Positions 37,100 to 50,470 of a stretch of DNA of 64,000 nt are shown here, one piece after another. The stretch is from Octopus vulgaris. Lineage: Eukaryota. How positions within the stretch are numbered: position 1 is the stretch's first letter; the number at the start of each line of letters is the position of its first letter. The stretch covers positions 148,242,001 through 148,306,000 of the forward strand of contig OX597815.1 of assembly GCA_951406725.2 (NCBI GenBank). Direction: 5' to 3'. A program made the translations under genes and the position numbers. The notes beneath the pieces are model-generated. The model saw only the letters and a program-made list of their open reading frames with translations. It was not told where the DNA came from and did no database searches.

Positions 37100-40050
37100 C
37101 CAGTTAAAACGTGGAATGATCTCGATAAACGAGATGACAAAACTTAAGTCTACCCACCAATATTCGCTTGTTCTTTTAAATCTGCCCTGGCCCTCATGCG
37201 GTGTTTTCTTTATTAGCATAAATATGATGACTCGTTGATTTCTGTGGCAAGGCATCACTAGGTAACCTCAGGATTATCTTAATATGATGTAACAAATGTA
37301 TGACAGGAATCATTCCAATAACAAAAATATGCTTTTTATGCGATAAACTTTCATATTTAGCTATTTAATCTACCAGATGCAATAACCGTAGAGACTTGTT
37401 AATGTGTTCATGATTTACATCGTCCGACTGAAGATGCGTTTGTTGTCTGATAGCATATCAATTTGTCTCTTGTAATATGTATCATGTTGCTTCTGCTCTT
37501 CCTTTTTTATTCTACCATTGCCAATTTTATCATATATATCTGCTTTAATATCTTCCTCAGTCTAACGAATAATATATCAGAATATGTAACTCTATTGTTG
37601 TCACGTTCAGGTTAATTGAAATATGTTATTTTTTCCTGTAGATTTGTCGCTATTTTGTCTAAAGTACCGACCATACTCCTTTTGGATTACATAATGGCGT
37701 GGCATCAAAAGAGGTAATGAGATGTGACATGACTTCATAATGTGGGTTTCTTTGTGTGCAGCTAGCATTAACTTCCTCCGTAATTAATTTACTTCTCTAC
37801 GTTTTTGTACGTATATCCATATCTCTGCGTGTGAGATAGCCTTTGATCTCATGCAGATGATATTAAAAGTTCTGTTATTCTCTTTTGTTAAGTTACATTT
37901 TTATGTTGCTCTGTTTTTCATACTGCAGGATATTATCTCTGAAGTTACATGGTATATATATTTACGATTTGAGGCTATGATTTGAATTTATGAATATGAT
38001 TAATATTCTCTTGCTTGGTTTATTTCGAAGCTTATATCCTCATTGCATTGTGGACATCTAATTTGTTCTTAAATTGTTTCTTATATACTGAGACATGCTC
38101 CTATTTAATTCAGGTTTCATAAGGACAATTACAAATAATTTATGTCCACGTACAGAATTGTAGGCAAATAAAAAAAAAACAATTCTTTAAACGTACATAA
38201 TCGTTTCTGAATACATATCTTACAAATTCTTTTCTGCTTTACGTAGCCTTAAACTAACTTTAAAGTAGCCTTAAAATAACTTAAAATAACTTAAAAGTAG
38301 GCTTTTTAATAGAAAATTCATTCTGATATTTCTGATGAATTAATGTGCGTCTTATGACAACTTTCTTAGTGAGTAATTCCATCATGTTTAAGGCCTTTTA
38401 TTATTCAAATAAGTACATAACCACATAAATCATATCTTGTGTAGAACATTTGTAAGCCATCATGGATTCATTAACTTAATTTATTGACAGGTCAGAACAA
38501 TACAGAATACTAGTAGTTTAAAAGGATTTGTATAAAAGCATTTACGCTAGTATTTCAGATACAGTGGTGCCTTTCTAGTTAAGCATGACGTGTTTGATAA
38601 ACAGCATGAACAAACGCCTATATGCCGCTTAGGTATTTGTTTATATGTGGGTATAAATGTTATAGTTATTGTTGTTGATATTTGTTCCATCCATTATTAT
38701 ACATTCTTCTGACACTTCTCATAGTTTAGTATGATATTAACGTAAAGATAACCAAACAACATTTGATGTCTTTAAAGTGCAAAACATCATATATTACCCA
38801 TCTGATACGTTTGATTATCGAATATCTTCAGATAGTAACGAATCCCATACAAAACTATACCGCCATAACTGATACATTTCATATCAAGTCTTTACGTATT
38901 ATAATTTATAGAAAAATCTCAAGTTACATTCATTATTGAATTATTTGGAAGTTAGGCAGAACAACTTTTTCTACTGATACTGAGGGAGTGCTTATAATTT
39001 TCTTACATATTCCATAAATATTTCCGTAATATTTTAAACGTTTCATCCTAGGCGTTTGGTAATAAAGTCATGTATTAATAATGCATGTGTCAGTGTCTTA
39101 TTTATTTATAACTGTTAACTTTTAATGATCGTTTAGACGCTATATTATTCGACATTACGTACAGGAAACAGACATTTCTTTTAACGGTAATTAATTCTAG
39201 AACTCCTTGTAGGTTTGCAAGATGATATCCAAAGATCTCAGTACAGTTCATTTGCACTCCTCCAAAAGTACATGCTCATTTGCGAAATTTCAAACTTAAA
39301 TTAGGAAATCCAAACAGTTAATTTTACAAGAAGGATCTGCAGAAAATATTTCTGGTATAAAGGTCAGTAATAAGAATTTTGAAAACTAAGCTGCCATAGG
39401 TAACTAAAACTGGATCCCGAGCTTAAGAAGAATAACGGACTGCACCTGAAAATACTATCAAATTATGAGTAGTCACTGGGCTCACCTATGGAAGATGAAA
39501 TTATATATTTGGAGAATATAATTTATCCAGCTTTAGTTATTAGATTATGATTTAACAAATTCATGCACTCCCATGTGTTTCCTGTCTGTCGGTTTTCCTA
39601 ACTCCTCTGTCATAACAAAATGCTTCTATAAACTTTTGATTCATGAAGTTTAAATCTTCATTTGTTCTTGAATTTGTGATACTAATTATCGACATTTTAG
39701 TAATTTTTGATTATAGCTATGCCTTCATATTCTTTATAGGAAACAATTGCAATGTTTTGACACAATAACTATGCTAAAAATTCTGTTGTTGCGAAACTTT
39801 GTTCCTTTTATCATCATATATTCTTTTAACACTGGTCCTCCTGCTTGGAATACGTTTATTTGTGGGATATGAAATGAAAGCCTTCCAACGTTATGAGCTA
39901 CCCGTAACTTTCTAAGGCATATTATTTGACGTAAATTTGCCAAATTTCTAGAGCATCAATAACCTGTGAAACTTTGACTTTGTCATGTAGCGTAAATCCG
40001 TTTTTGCAACATGTTTAAAGCATCTACTTTAGGCAAAATGAATGAAGCCA
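37100..40050 (-). pseudogene. Possible heavily decayed single-exon Toll-like receptor pseudogene (LRR-NT, LRRs, LRR-CT, TIR)
   Basis: Ordered minus-strand fragments: CSRNL..LRKLRVAHN (~39955-39890), NLLNHNLITK (39561-39532), LLTFIPEIF..INCLDF (39370-39302), SDLSIN (~38496-38479), NFRDNILQY (~37946-37920), DI..TEED (~37580-37550), RVIIFMLIKKTP..EYWW (~37235-37155). Confidence 0.35.
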
Positions 40051-42011
40051 TTGTGGTAATTGATATGTCAAAACAGAAAACTCATTTTCTAACAGATTTT
40101 GTGAATGAAAGAATTTGTAGCACATTAAACAACGAATAATACAGAGTCTGTTTCTTTTGAAATATTTTAGATAAAAATAGTTTTGCATAGAATATAATGG
40201 TTTTAGACATAATTCAAATCGCTATCATTTGAAAATATAATAAATTCTCCGTAAAGGATTTAAATGACATTTATATGAAAATATATTCAAAATATTGTAT
40301 TTTAAGAGCATTTATTAGATTACTCTAAACAATTTTTGTGAACATGCACAGCTGACTTATTTTTAACGTTTCATTAAACGAAAAACGGAAGTTTTAATAA
40401 GATATGACACATTTTTATGCCGAAAAAGAGCTTAATTAAAATATCATTCGACAGGAGTTTGTATTACGAATGCTCACAGTGCACCAACATATAATAGTTG
40501 GTGTCTATGAGAAATTGTACTTAGAGAGTGGATAGTATACTGCAAGCCATTTATTCTAATATTCGGCGCTCTAAAGTCACATCCTGCCAAGGTCGTATAT
40601 TGAGTTTATTTTATTTTCTAGATTTGTTACAAAGGTAATAATACGAGTGGTGTATCGAAAAATTTATAAGAAGTTCACGATTTTTAAGTTGCAGGTGTTT
40701 GCATTCAGAGTTCAATTTCCACCGTAACTTATATTTCTAAATTAATTCAACTTCAGATGTAATGCCACCATATGAAACTTGCGTGGTTTACTAGAGATTT
40801 ACACTCTGAAATATATTTTTCAGGTAGTGTTTATGATCTGGAGATACCTTCCTGCCCTCCGCCTCCTAATTTCCTTTATCCTGGAAAGCGAAAACAAATG
40901 ACAAAAGTAACAATGAAAATATCTGAATGAAATAATTGGATTGTTTTATAATATTTCTGCATGCATAGCTGCGAAATTGTCATGCAAAAACCTTAGTTAG
41001 AAAAGTCTTCTGCGGATTATTTCCGGAAATATGCTCTACCCTTATTTTTTTTCGTATTTTACTAAATCTTGGTCGACAAATTGTGCCAGTTTACAATCTG
41101 TCTTAAAGAGGTTAAATAACTAAAACGCACAGTATCAATGGAACGAATTTAAAGTTACCAGCGAATTAATACTCGAATATTGAACTGTTATCAGAAGAAA
41201 ATTATTTCTAGCTAAAAGTGACGCCAATACGAGGTTTGATCTTCGACTACCCAGGATCATTCTCTATGACGCTGCAGTAACAAAGAAGTGATACAGTGAC
41301 TCCGTGCGAAAATCTCTTGTAGCCTACAAATCAGTGGTCTCTTCTTGTGCTTTGAAGGTACTTCGAGGGCCACCTTTATAGAAATAGAAAAATGGGGTAA
41401 AACAAGGACACTACTACTTACACTAATCATCTTCTCATTTAGGATGTCTGTAGAATTTAGGACATTTTTCTTTGTTAATCTGCATTCACGAAGTAAACAG
41501 AGAAGAAGGAAAGATTCCACAGTTCATAATGTCAACACACGCCCTATAGAAGACATGCTAATAAATATAATAAATTTTGAACTGAGAAACCGAAATAACC
41601 AACTTCTTAATGAACAGCGAATTAACTCAAAGAAAAGTACGAGTGCCATCTTGTATTAAAGGCTGCGGAAAATGTAACCATTTCAATTATTTTACAATAC
41701 TAAGCATAATAGAAGGTGCAAATACTAAACTTAATCCTTACATTTAAATAATAACTCGTTAATTATAGTATGGAGTAATGTTGACCAAAGAAGCATATGC
41801 TAGGTTTGAAGAACAGCAACGCCAAAATATTTAATCTATAAATATATGCAATACATCATGATTTTGTACTATGCTATAACAGTGAAATTTCCCTGATATA
41901 TAGTCGTAATAAATATATTTATAACTGATGTATTAATGTTTCGGCAAACTCAGGAACATAGGTGATATTTAACCTCGCCAAGATTAATGCACCAATGACT
42001 TCAACTTACGT

Positions 42012-42124
<113 letters not shown>

Positions 42125-42598
42125 TTATATATATATATACATATATATATATGTATATGTATATATATATATATGTATATGTATATATATAGACAAATGT
42201 ATATGCATGCATTCATACAGACACACGCGCACACATACATATATGGGCCAAGAAAGGCATAAACAGAGAGTGACTGAGGATAGACAGAAGAACTCACACA
42301 GGAAAATGAAGGAATAGTCTAAAGTGCAAAAGAATTACAAAATATATAAACACATTGATTAGTCACCTACGACGGTTTGATTTAGTTAGAGTCACTGAAA
42401 CACATCGGTGGTTTTTTTCATCATTGAAAATTATATCACTGGTTTTTGTTTTACTGAATGAAATATCTATACTGTCGATGGGAGACATTTCTTGCCAGTA
42501 TTTTAACACTTTGTCAAGTCCGCAAATGTATATATAACATATATACATATATACATACGTACATTTAAGTACATGCATCTCTCTCTCTCTTTCTCTCG

Positions 42599-42682
<84 letters not shown>

Positions 42683-42865
42683 GTAAATAATGTATATATG
42701 CATTTTTACATACGTATATGTACATACATCTGTACGTATGTGGGCACAGGACGTCATGAAACGTGTACAACAAAATGTAGGAAGCACGAGTATATGGAAC
42801 ATGAACTATTCTTTCGAAAAACGAAAAACACAAATGGAAAAAGAACCAAACAACATAAAGAATGA

Positions 42866-43064
42866 AGTTGTGGAGTGGTACCCGCGTGAGCGAAAAAAGA
42901 CCACCCGGAAGACCTCCACGACGGTGGAGTGGCGATTTCAGGAGGACGATTGGGATCATGTGGATGAGAAAGGCGTGATCCAGAGAGGAGTGGACAGCGT
43001 GCTGTGACCAGCGGTGTCAAATGGACGCCTGACGGACTGGTCGGTCAAAGTGATCAAAGTGATA
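42866..43064 (+). mobile_element. 3' end of an RTE-clade LINE
   Basis: VVEWYPRERK/RPPGRPPRRWSGDF motif and a short tandem tail (caaagtgat)2. Confidence 0.8.
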
Positions 43065-43065
43065 T

Positions 43066-43286
43066 ATTACTTTACTTTTACTTTTACTTGTTTCAGCCAT
43101 TTGACTGCGGCCATGCTGGAGCACCGCCTTTAGTCGAGCAAATCGACCCCGGGACTTATTCTTTGTAAGCCCAGTACTTATTCTATCTGTCTCTTTTTGC
43201 CGAACCGCTAAGTGACAGGGACGTAAACACACCAGCATCGGTTGTCAAGCAATGCTAGTGGGACAAACACAGACACACAAACACAC

Positions 43287-43327
<41 letters not shown>

Positions 43328-43491
43328 CGACAGGCTTCTTTCAGTTCCCGTCTACCAAATCCACTCACAAGGCTTTGGTCGGCCCGAGGCTATAGTAGAA
43401 GACATTTGCCCAAGATGCCACGCAGTGGGACTGAACCAGGAACCATGTAGTTCATAAGCAAGCTACTTACCACACAGCCACTCCTGCGCCT
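43066..43491 (-). mobile_element. Full-length SINE, same family as 17867-18270
   Basis: Reverse complement is near-identical; (agtaaa)n tail. Confidence 0.9.
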
Positions 43492-43539
43492 ATATATACA
43501 TATACACACAAACACCCACACAGACACATATACATATAA

Positions 43540-43617
<78 letters not shown>

Positions 43618-44005
43618 ATGTGTTCACAAGCGTAAACGTAAACTGTTGAAATTCGTAAAGTCATGTGCAAAAGTTTATTTGTCAATTAAACGCAAAGCAG
43701 AACAGGATTTTTAGATTTATTTCTATTTTTCAACTTAGTACTTCGATCAGTTCTTCAATATTTTACACATACAATAATATGTTAATTTATATAAGATTTT
43801 ATATATTTTGGCAACTATTGCCATTACAAATATATATGAATATCTACCTGAATAATTTCAGGTGAACCACGACTGTTACTAAATGGCATATGTGATTGTT
43901 AAAAGAACATACGAGATTCAGACAAAATTTGTTTTGTATGAGTGGCTGTGTGTGGTAAGGCGGATTCAGTCAAATATTGTTTCGTGGGAGTGGCTGTGTG
44001 GTAAG

Positions 44006-45997
44006 TTGTCGCGTTGTTTTCATAGTCGCGGTGGTAGCCACCTTGTACGTGGAAAATTGAACATGTGAAATACGACCACAGGTAAAGCATTTGTTTTTTG
44101 GAAGCTTAGTGGGTTCTGCTGTTTCTATTTAAGCATATTTTTGAACAGAGGTATCCACTGGGTTCTAGACATTTGTTTGCCAGTGGCCGTGCAAGAATAC
44201 TCACTTCGTAGTGAGAATTGTGTTTATTTTGGGAGGCATGTCCCTCCGAAATAATTTTGGAATTTTATATGACTGTGTTTGTAACCTTTCAAGTGGATTT
44301 TTTACCATAAAATGTATGAGTACAACCAGATTTGGACGGAATAATTTTTGTGCTACGACGGACTACCAGTTTGGATTACCAGAGTAGCAGAAATGAGTTC
44401 TGTTGTCATTTTGGACTATCTTCCTTCGCTCTTTCTTCTCCTGTCTGTCTTTCTGATCTTTTTTTGAATTTCTTTATAGACTTTCATTCAAAAACTTTGA
44501 TTTTTGTTTCTAAGTTTTTATTTTTGTTTTGGCTTTCAACATGGCAACTGTGAAATCCGCAATTTGCAAATTGTAGCCCCCAAAGAATGGTTGAAAAATT
44601 ATACGGAGAGAATGGTGGTTTAAGGACCTATTCCAGGGTCCTTGACACCATTAATATCTTCTCTCAAGAAGAAATTGATGAGGAGCTAGTAGACTATCTG
44701 AAAATTGTTAGGTTTATCAGCAGGGATACGAAGTATGCAACTGTGTGTGTACTTTTTGATACCCCTGCAGAAGCTCGTGATTGTGCAAGCATGCCTTTGG
44801 AGGGGGAAGACATTTTGTTTCTCTCTACTTGTAGCGGTAGGAAGTTGAAAGAGCCTGGGTTTGTGGGTTGCCACCCGGTATAGAGGCCGAGTGGACAGAA
44901 GACACTCTCCGTCGGGGCCTGGTGTCGTCCCTGCCTGGCTCTTAAATGTCAAAATGTTTGCTCCGGTTGATTGGGTCGGTTCGAAAGCATTTTTGACCTT
45001 ATAAAACCAATCAGCCGATGATCTGGTTCCAGATACCCGATGAGGGTTGAGGGACGTCCCCCCCCCAAGTGTCACCTGTGCCTGAAATCGGGCCATATAA
45101 AGAACTGTTGCCGGGACCAGGCAAGGGCCCTGGAACAGTTAATTTAAAGGGTGTACCTTGCTCCTCGAATGGAAGAAGTCGGCGAGGATGTTACCTCCTC
45201 GAAAAGAAAGGGGAAGAAAAGAAAGAAGATGGGCAACAAAGCTGGAGGGAGGTTTTCCAAAGATGTCGAATGAACTCCACCCTCCTATCATAGAAGGAAA
45301 AAAGAAGAGAAAGAAGAAAAACGTGGCATTGCCGGCGATGGCATGTCCCGAAACCCCTTCGGTGGGATGTGTGCTACCGGAGGGAGGAAGAAGATAACCT
45401 CTTCAGTGGGATGTGTGCCACCGAGCGACGTAATTGAGGCCCCTCCCAGTGAAAGTGGTGAAGAATATATGTTCTTCTATCTCAGGATAGGGGCTATTGA
45501 GAGTTTCGTGGGAAATAATAAGGATGGTGGGGTCCTGAGTATCCGACTTGTAATGACAGCCCAGAGTGGCCTGCGCATGTTGTTGCTCTGAAGCTGGAAA
45601 GAAAGTACTCTGGCCTTATAATTAACTCTTGTAAAAACAAGAATTATAGAATTCTTTTTTTGAGCCCCGGATTGCGGTTGCATGAATGCATGCAAGTCGC
45701 AAGAAAATTGTTCGGTGATGGATTATAGAGGTTTATGGCCTCTAATTTGTGTATAAATTATGTTTTGTATTTGTGTGGAATCTGAGTCCAAATATATTGT
45801 ATTTTAAATTGTAAGAGGGTCAACACTGCTGTATATGTGTTTTTAAAGAACAATGTTATAGAGAAGCAGAGGGTCGGCGGGCGCTTTCTGTCCACTCCCA
45901 ACCTTATAATCTTGTATTATTATCAGACACCTCATCAATGTCCAGGCAGCAAGGCTACTCATCCTTGTACTGTCTCTATGGCAAATGAAACGAATAA
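44006..45997 (+). mobile_element. Internally deleted L1/Tx1-like non-LTR element (5' UTR, ORF1 remnant, 3' end) inserted in a SINE head
   Basis: Decayed ORF (RTYSRVLDTINIFS..VRFISRDTKYATV); ends in aataaa; flanks are the two halves of the 17867-family head (ggagtggctgtgtggtaag | tagcttacttaacaaccacatgg). Clade assignment is tentative. Confidence 0.55.
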
Positions 45998-46160
45998 AAG
46001 TAGCTTACTTAACAACCACATGGTTTCGGGTTCAATCCCACTGCGTGACACCTTGGGGAAGTGTCTTCTACTATAGCCTAGGGCGGACCAAAGCCGTGTG
46101 AGTGAATTTGGCTGGCGGAAACTGAAAGGAGTCCATCGCATATGTGTATATGTATATATA

Positions 46161-46240
<80 letters not shown>

Positions 46241-46460
46241 CATACGTATATATGTGTGTGGTGTTTGTGTTTGTCACCCCACCTTCGCTTGACAACCGAT
46301 GCTGGTGTATTTCTGTCCTCGAAACTTAGCGGTTCGGCACAAGCGACCGATATAATAAGTAGTAGGCTTACAAAGAATAAGTCCTGGAGTCGATTTGCTC
46401 AAGTAAAGGCGGTGCTCCATGGCCGTAGTCAAATAACAGACACAAGAAAAAAGTGAAAAG
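45998..46460 (+). mobile_element. Remainder of the interrupted SINE (head at 43987-44005)
   Basis: Colinear with 17890-18270. Confidence 0.85.
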
Positions 46461-46949
46461 AGTATTCCAAGCCTTAACTATTCGTTAAAACAAATTAAGT
46501 AAGAAGAAGTCTTATTCTTCAAAATAACATCACATTCTATTGTCTGTTGCCAGGGTTGCACCAGCAGTTCAATTCCATGCTTATATCATTTGGTTGTTTT
46601 AGAGGCAAACTCTCCCTCCGTTCATTATTAATTACACCCAAGGTGGCGAGCTGGCAGAAACTTTAGTATTTCGCACATCGCTTTTTTATCATTTCGGGGG
46701 TCGATAAATTAAGTACCAGTGAAACACTGGGGTTGATTTAATCGACAACCCCACCTTACAATGTCAGGCCTTGTACTTATAGTAGAAAGAATTATTAATC
46801 CCAGCCATAATATTCAACATTTGTCTGTGCAGAAAATATTCCATGACTTGAGAACTGTTATAATCTGATGGTACAGGCTCTTCACTGTAGAGAAAGGAAA
46901 CACTTCCAGCCCCTCAAGTTACTCAGTTTTGCCCTTGCTTATATTGGAA

Positions 46950-47480
46950 GTTTGCAGAGGAATTGTCATGCGGCAAACGTGCGCGTATTGTATCAGTGCC
47001 AGGTGGTGAGCTTTCAAGTCATCGCTTATTCACCGGAGTTGCTGCGCATAAAGGGTAGCATTAACGGCATGACCCTCAGCTGTTCCAGCCAACCGTATTG
47101 TCGACATTTTCTAAAGCCAGGCTGGAACGAACAACTGATATATTTTATAAGGATTACGAGAATAAATCCTTTTGTTATTTACAGTTACAACTGGGCGCGA
47201 AATGCGGAGATCTCGTGAATTTTCATTTATGAGTTCATAATAAATTCCTCAAGCTTATGTAAGTGTCCATTGATAGTGCTTTGTGAAGGACCAAGCTATG
47301 TGAAGAACCAATGTAGAATCATCTACCTTAAAATGTCTAAACCAGTTTTATGCCACATATTCCTTCTCAGTTCCTGGGCCTTCCACATTATTGATTTCTT
47401 TTGCTGCTTCACTTGAACTCAGTCTCTTTTTTCTCTCACCAGGTAACATAACATGGCTTCATTTGCAATTTTCTAACCAC
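46950..47480 (-). mobile_element. Rearranged mariner transposase remnant
   Basis: Minus strand LSSSEAAKEINNVEGPGT..NWFRHFK and LGPSQSTINGHLHKL resemble the mariner HTH region; plus-strand YSPELL at ~47027 resembles YSPDLAP. Confidence 0.55.
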
Positions 47481-48839
47481 TCAATTCCACAGTTGGAAAA
47501 TAAAAATAAATAATTAATGAGTATATATTGATGCTTTTAAAAGAAATGATTAATATTTATATGTTATATATGAAAATAAAAAATAATGTTTTTTACTATA
47601 TATGAAAATAAAGAAAGAAACACCGTTCGGCAACGATTGAAAGACTTGTATCGGATCACTGGTATAAATAATACTGAGATAAAAGTTGACTATAATCATC
47701 CGTGAAAATCCGAAAATAATTTTGACTCAACCTGCTAATTCTGATAGTAGTACACGATATTTTGAAAAAAAAATTCTTCAAATTTGCATTAAATTTGAAT
47801 TACACAGTATTAAAATTAGGCTGATCTTCTAACTAAATAGTGTTGTTTTGCTTTTATAAAATGTTCATTTGCATTAAAAAGTGTATAAAATCAAAGTATC
47901 AGAATAATTGTAGTAAATTACCAAACGATCAGCTACTTAAAATAATCTGGCTGACTAGAGCGAACATAATTCATTGCCTGTGAATTCGCCTACATTCAGG
48001 TACTGAATTGCTACATGATCCGGTGTATATATACATATTCATATATATAGTTACACATATACATACATACGTAAATAGATATATAGAGATATGTGTATAT
48101 ACATATACATAACCATGTGTTCGTGTATCAGTGTGCGCGTGTGTGTACGTGTGTATTTGTATGTGCATTATATATATATATATACATGTATATATATACA
48201 TACGTTCATATATCTATCTATCTATCTATATCTATATATATACATACATATATACATATGCATATATATACATACATACACACATATACATATATATGTA
48301 AATATATACATATATACATATATATATATATTCATATATACATGCATACATACATACATACATACATAATTGAGAGAGGAATTCACATTTCCGTCTTATT
48401 CATCATATTTTCTTTTTTACATTTTTGTCTTACGTACTTCGTCATTTTAACCATTTGCCATGACAATAAGTTACAATAACGCTTTAGAAGTAATTATCAA
48501 TATGAATCTTTGCAATTTTCCCTAATCATAATGTTCCCTAATTATAATGTTCCTGTTGTTATATATTCTCACGTGTGATTTTCTGGCTTTAAATATATAA
48601 AACGTGTGTGGGTTATGGGTGGCCCATTAGTATTCTACTTTTCAGTCGTTTTGTTCCGCACGCTATTTTTTTTCTTCGTTCACTGTTAGCTATTTCGACA
48701 ATATTTCATTTTGCAATATGTATGTCGTATTGTAAAAGTAGGTTTGGATAATTTGTTTCAATAGAAATTCTTCAATTCAGCTGTTTGTTCTAATCTGCTA
48801 TTTATAACAACTGCAGCGATATCTTAACACTAACCATAA

Positions 48840-48982
48840 CGATGTCGTGGTCGTACCAATTTTAGGCTCTGTCAAGTCCATACTTGTTGCAAGTGCCGAA
48901 TGGGCAAGCCTGGCTATATTGTCGTGGCGTCTCTCATATTCTTTCTGGGCAAGTGGCGTACATTGGCTGGTAATATGCCACT
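48840..48982 (-). mobile_element. Small R4/Dong RLE fragment starting at a (TAA)n tract (plus-strand TTA 48985-49030)
   Basis: HITSQCTPLAQKEYERRHDNIA is homologous to HLISGCKVLAPVEYKLRHD in the first Dong copy. Confidence 0.75.
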
Positions 48983-48990
48983 TTTTATTG

Positions 48991-49027
<37 letters not shown>

Positions 49028-49114
49028 CATTCATGGCACTGCTTCGTATTGAACTCGGAATTAACTACTATGCACATATATATATACACCCAGAGATACA
49101 TCTATCTATCTATC

Positions 49115-49149
<35 letters not shown>

Positions 49150-49152
<3 letters not shown>

Positions 49153-49289
49153 GCGGCGTCCGTACCCTTTTTGGTCTTGTATGTAAGTACATATTTTCTT
49201 TAAACTTGGTACGACTCTATAACACACACTCTCTCTCCCCCCTCTTCTACATTTCTCTGCCTTCACACTTTGCACTCCACTTTGAGCTG

Positions 49290-49329
<40 letters not shown>

Positions 49330-49866
49330 TCCTCCTTTGTTCCTTGCTCCCCTTGTTTCTCTCTTCATCTGTCCCTCTTTTCCTCTCTCTTCTCCTCACA
49401 CGTGACTAACTTTGGACTGCTGTCCTCTTCGTGGTCAGCAGCAGTCAAGCCTAGACACATTTTTTTTTCTCTCTTTGCCCCAAGGCATTTTTCTAATGCG
49501 CCAGCTCAAAGTTCACTCGTCCTGTCGAAAAGACGCCTGTCTGTGACGTCCTATTTTTGTTATTATTATTATCATTATTGTTTTTACGTATTTTTGTATT
49601 CTTATTCGTTCCCGTCCTTATTTTGTATACATTCGAGGCTTTCTTCCAAGGAATCTAATTCGCTTGGCTTAAATTTTCCTTTGGGGCTGGCCAGATCGGA
49701 GCAATCTCAAGATTAGTCAGCCGAAATTACGAGGATGATCCATTTTTTGTATCGTCTTCTAAATGTTTTGCGTTCTTGTCCCAGTTTGTATTTTTTTACA
49801 TATACATATATATATAGCGACGCCCGTAACCTTTTTGGTCTTGTATGTAAGTACATATTTTCTTTA
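49150..49866 (+). mobile_element. Non-coding element bounded by ~53-bp direct repeats, set in (TA)n
   Basis: atagcg.cg.ccgta.cctttttggtcttgtatgtaagtacatattttcttta at 49150-49202 and 49814-49866. Confidence 0.7.
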
Positions 49867-49924
49867 TATATATATATATCATTATATATACACATGCATA
49901 CATCGAAACATACCTTAGGAATGA

Positions 49925-49971
49925 GAATATCTGATGAAGGTTGAAGAGTGTATCAGCCGAAACGTTGAGTT
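49925..49971 (+). ncRNA. Degenerate minimal hammerhead-like motif
   Basis: CUGAUGA 49931-49937, extra A, stem II ggttga/tcagcc, GAAA 49959-49962, palindromic AACGUU; stem I is poorly paired. Confidence 0.45.
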
Positions 49972-50420
49972 AACAACAAACAAGATGAGGACAAATATCC
50001 GCCAAATGTAAATAATGTAAATGACAGTATGTAGGTACTAATTGGTGCCACTATAATGACAATAACATTGATATGAAGTGATTAGGAATAGTCACACATA
50101 AATATATTTTAAATCGTATCATCTGATTATAGCCATTTCATATATAAACTCCGAAGTTCCTTCACTATGTTACTAATTTCCTTCGAGATATGTTTTAGAG
50201 ACGGTCATAAATACAGCTCGGATTCACTTCACACGGGACAGTCTTGCCTTTTCTTAATGCGAGAAGTGAAATGCGATATTTTCCAAAACGATTTTTGAGC
50301 CGCTTCATAATGTTGCCAATTATTTTTACGTGTGTTTATGTAGCTACAGTATAATGTAGACATAATAAAAAATGTATTTCATCAAATCACAATCAATTCG
50401 AGAGTTATTTATGAGAATAT

Positions 50421-50470
<50 letters not shown>

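Noticed and set aside
38244-38302. Short tandem (gtagccttaaa..taactt) repeats
   Set aside because: Two to three degenerate units, consistent with ordinary slippage
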